Source of the DNA: Eledone cirrhosa
Taxonomy: Eukaryota
Direction of reading: 5' to 3'
NCBI GenBank assembly: GCA_964016885.1
Contig: CAXHJY010000005.1
Coordinates: 1-27,402, forward strand
Length of the DNA stretch: 27,402 nucleotides
Shown here piece by piece: positions 22,498 through 27,402 of this stretch; within the stretch, counting starts at the first letter, position 1; the number at the start of each line of letters is the position of its first letter. The position numbers were made by a program, and so were the translations under genes. The notes beneath the pieces are model-generated. The model had not been told where the DNA came from and made no database searches. It saw only the letters and a program-made list of their open reading frames with translations.

Positions 22498-22950
22498 GTG
22501 AATTGAAAGAATCATTAGAGCAGCGGACAAAATACTTTGCTGTATTTATTCCGGCTCTTTACGTTCGGAGTTCAAATCCCACTGAGGTCAATTTTGCTTT
22601 TCAGGTAGATAAAATAATTTTCTACTTTTGGCACAAGGCCAGCAGTTATCCCAGTGCATTGCTGGTACTTTATTTTATCGACTCCCGTAAGGGTGAAAGG
22701 CAAAGTTAACCTCGGCGGGATTTGAACTCAGATCGTAAAGGGACATAACTCTATGTTGGAAAGCATGGCGTCCGACCCTCCACCGATACTGCCAATCCAC
22801 CGCCCTTGGCAGATAAAAGTACTGGGATCAATATAATGTACCAGTAAAAGTACTGGGATCAATATAACCAAATTTCTCCTCCCTTCTAAAATTGAATTTT
22901 TCCTCCCACATAAATTGCTGACCTTGTTCTTAAATAATAAATCGTTATTT
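22498..22950. mobile_element. Nested SINEs: minus-strand copy 22615-22810 inserted into a plus-strand copy
   Basis: 8-bp TSD AGATAAAA at 22607-22614 and 22811-22818; the host SINE resumes afterwards (with a 23-bp duplication at 22814-22836 / 22845-22867). Another + copy lies at ~22260-22480. Confidence 0.8.
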
Positions 22951-22996
22951 AGCGTTCTTTTTTCTTATGCTTTTTAATTTCTACTTTCATATATAG

Positions 22997-23071
22997 ATAC
23001 GAAAGAATGATGGTAAAACGACGTTCACTTGCCAGCACGGACCATTGGAATGTGTAGCTAATGTTGTTGAG
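22997..23071 (+). CDS. IFI30: GILT/IFI30-like thiol reductase, coding exon 3 (signature CQHGxxECxxN)
   Basis: Pyrimidine-rich tract then atatAG|ATA; 75 nt IRKNDGKTTFTCQHGPLECVANVVE; donor GAG|GTATAC at 23072. Not in the ORF track because it is short. Confidence 0.95.
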
Positions 23072-24924
23072 GTATACTATTAAAGTAATAAAGTCTTAAT
23101 AATGAATGAGAATTGTATTGTGGAGAGGCGGATCCATGGCTGTATGCCTAGGAAATTAGCTTCCCACCTACCCGATTTTTGATTTTGATATAATTTATTA
23201 TTGCTCTGCGTTGATCAATGGAATTTGGTAGGTGGTGGGACCAATTCTGCTTTTGAGTGGTTGAATTCATTCCAGAATCTACTTTGTTCCACCTATTCCG
23301 AGCAAATCTCCCTGCTAGATAAAAATAATTATTTTTCTTTCGCCAGTCAGAAAGAGTCGAAAAAGGGTTATAGGTGCTGATCTTCCTTCTCCGTTCTTGG
23401 ATGATCGAATTCATCTATCACCCATTTTAACATTGCCGCCGCCATCACAACATCTGTGCGCTTTTAGCGGAATCTATTTTACTGTATGCATTTGGATCAA
23501 GTCTCGGGGATGACCAAGAATGTCTTTCTCTTCGCCAGTCACAGCGGCTCTGAAAAGCGTTAATAGAATTGTCCTTTCTCTGTCTAAACCATTTAAAATT
23601 GATACAACCTATTTGTCTCATTAATTGTATATTTGTATTGACCCGATCATTTTGAACAGCTAACTATTGCACAGAGATTTCCATGGATTAGCAGAAACAA
23701 TACTTTTGTTTCTAGGATATACGCCACCCAGACTTAAGTGTAAAAGTTAAAAAAAAAATTCCCTTTAGATATATAAATATGAACACAGACCACGATTATT
23801 ATAAAGTATTGGATCAATTCAATCGATTGCATCCTTGCTTTGCTCAGTTGCGTTATTTTTTACGATTGCCCATATCTTCTTCTTTTCTACATCATTTAAA
23901 CTGCGATCATAACTAAATTGGCAGTCGTTAGTGCGTAAGATAAAACATCTTTTCAGTGTTTCTTTCGGTGTTCTTTGCTCTGAATTCAAATTACTCTGAG
24001 GGGCAACATTGCCTTTCATCCTTTCAAGTTCGATAGAACAAAGTACCTGTCCAGGATGGTGGATTGTCAGAATTATTAAAGCATCAGCCGATATGCCTTG
24101 TGGTATTTGTTCTGGCTCTTCACCTTCTGAATTCAACTGCAGTTGTAGCTTATTTGGGTGGTAGACATAATCCGCCACCTGGTTGATCCCATCACAGATC
24201 TGCCAACCTCCAAAAACCTAAATGGGGAGTACCATGAAAAAAGTGCCCCAAAATGGGGAGGTTTTACATAATGAAAGTTATACCCATTTTCACAAAAACA
24301 GACGGAGAAATGGACCAAAATGGGGATATTTCCCCGTTTGACAGGGGAGAGTTGATAGTTCTGTCTTCCCATGTCCCCTGAATGCCTTTAGCGGAGTCCA
24401 CTCTTTGGCAAATATTCAGTTACTGTTTCCGTTTAAAAAATACTTTGTTTCCACCCTGTCATTCGTCTCAGATCATGGAAAATGGCCAAGGGAAAAGTAA
24501 TAAATTGTTAGAACATAAATGGGTCTAACTAAATACTACTGAGTTCAAAATTCGCTGAGATGAATTTATTTTTCATCCTAGTGGGATCGATTAAAGGAAG
24601 TACCGGGTAAGCATAAAGGTCAATTTAATTGGCTACACTCCCTTTGCCATCATTTTGGGGTCTTGTGTGAATTTTAGAAAGCAATATTTCACTTTAGAGA
24701 AGAAAAAAAAAAAATTAGAAAATAACAAAGAAATTGTATTGAAAAGATGTTAGAAACCATTACAATATTAATTTGAGATATTTTTGTCTGTGTACTAAGA
24801 AGCCATATTACATCTTGTTATCGGTTGTAAAAGTTTTATATTTTTTTTGAGTGTTCGCATTTCTTCTTGCTTTATCACATTATGTTGAAAGCCATTTATA
24901 GCCATTTTTAAATACATTTGACAG

Positions 24925-25029
24925 GCATGCGCAATAAATCTCTTACCCGTAGAAGAGCATTTACCACTGATTGCCTGCATTTCAAACCAATTCATTAACA
25001 GAGTAAAACCAGCGATTGCTTACCAAAAT
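24925..25029 (+). CDS. IFI30: GILT/IFI30-like thiol reductase, coding exon 4
   Basis: Acceptor tttgacAG|GCA; 105 nt ACAINLLPVEEHLPLIACISNQFINRVKPAIAYQN; donor AAT|GTAAGT at 25030. It completes the signature CQHGPLECVANVVEAC (CQHGx2ECx2Nx4C). Confidence 0.9.
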
Positions 25030-25106
25030 GTAAGTGTTTAATAAATTTAAACTTTTGTTATATTCAATACGGAGTCTGATAAAGTGTTTGTTTTATTTTT
25101 CTATCT

Positions 25107-25532
25107 TGACTTCATGCCGAGGTTGACTTTGCCTTTCATCCTTACGGGGTCGATAAAATAAAGTACCAGTAATGCACTGAGTATTTGCTGGCCTTGTGCC
25201 TAAAGTAGAAACAATTATTATAGGATAGGGCGGTGAATTGGCAGTATCGGTAGAGGGTTGGACGCCATGATTCTAGCATAGTTACGTCGAGGTTAACTTT
25301 GCCTTTCATCCTTACGGAGTCAATAAAATAAAATACCAGTATTATAGGATTGGCAGTATCGGTAGACGGTCGGAAGCCATGCCTTGCAGCATAGTTACGT
25401 CCCTTTGCGGTCAGAGTTCAAATCCTGCCGAGGTTAAATTTGCCTTTCATCCTCAGGGGGTCGATAAAATAAAGCACCAGTAATGCGCTGGGATAATTGC
25501 TGGCCTTGTTCCCAAACGTAGAAACAATTATT
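25107..25532 (+). mobile_element. Three tandem SINE family A copies (partly truncated) just downstream of exon 4
   Basis: Three repeats of gaggtt.a.tttgcctttcatcct...ataaaataaa..accagta at ~25119, ~25289 and ~25430. Confidence 0.85.
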
Positions 25533-25794
25533 ATAGCTGGTAAATTGACACTCGTTATAGCATTTGTTCTATTAAAATCGCCCACCTCAGCTTTCCCTTT
25601 CACCTATTATTCCTTATATATGGTGCGGAAATAACTTCACCAGCGAAACGCGCGTATTCAATAGAGGGAAATGTAAACTTAATCAAATTTTGTATATTAC
25701 AACAGGTCTTTCGGACTGAGTGATCTGCCAACTTTGGATAATTAATTTTTTTAAAAGAAATTCACTTTATATATATATATATATATATATATTT

Positions 25795-26189
25795 ATTATA
25801 TTTGGGGAGGGTCATGTTGTTAGAATATTGCCAGAAATAACAAAACACTGTCTGGTTTAGATTGGTTTTCAATTCTGTATCTTTTATATCTCCATAGTTA
25901 ATTTATCTGGCAATCAATGTTTATCATTGATAGACCAAGGGTTAAAAATACCGATATATAATATATTAAAGTTCTTTCGTCATACATCTGACATCATCAG
26001 TGATACTATTGTTTCCTCCCGTTGTATTGTAATGTCTGCGCCATTTTTATTTTATTTATTTATTTATTTATTCTTCTGTTTGCGCATGCGTTGGGGTGTG
26101 TGTTCATGTTTGAGTCTGCGTTTTTGTAGTCTATCTTTGTTCACTAGTGTGTTTGTATGTTTGTTGTTATTGTACTTGTGTGTGTGTGT

Positions 26190-26190
<1 letters not shown>
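25795..26190 (-). mobile_element. Solo, diverged relative of the fold-back 3 arm, flanked by (TA)n
   Basis: Shares the terminus tttgg(g)gagggtcatgttg, aaagttctttcgtca and gcgcatgcg with 12373-12851. Confidence 0.75.
25964..26005 (-). ncRNA. Minimal hammerhead motif with extra nucleotide after CUGANGA
   Basis: Minus strand: tatca CTGATGA t gtca gatgta tgac GAAA gaact t taata; stem I has one C.A mismatch. Confidence 0.6.

Positions 26191-27402
<1,212 letters not shown>

Overview
AT-rich eukaryotic genomic DNA. The SINE and microsatellite content looks like an octopus (coleoid cephalopod), which is an inference. The window holds the 5' part of one + strand gene, a GILT/IFI30-like lysosomal thiol reductase. 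Four phase-0 coding exons are visible (2-118, 18233-18415, 22997-23071, 24925-25029). They encode a signal peptide, a saposin-A-like Cys module, a CxxS (CPYS) active site and the exact GILT signature CQHGx2ECx2Nx4C; the remaining exons are probably beyond the window. The introns contain many tRNA-derived SINEs, two RTE-class LINE fragments, several MITEs and microsatellites. The most unusual feature is in the 18-kb first intron. Between 9.2 and 13.3 kb lie three consecutive long fold-back (inverted-repeat) elements of unrelated sequence, separated by (TA)n tracts. They carry minimal type I hammerhead ribozyme motifs: five complete ones there, one truncated, and a sixth complete one in a related element at about 26 kb. 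One family shares a core variant with an extra nucleotide after CUGANGA. This resembles non-autonomous Penelope-like/retrozyme-type elements. Most ORFs in the supplied track are spurious repeat or microsatellite translations.
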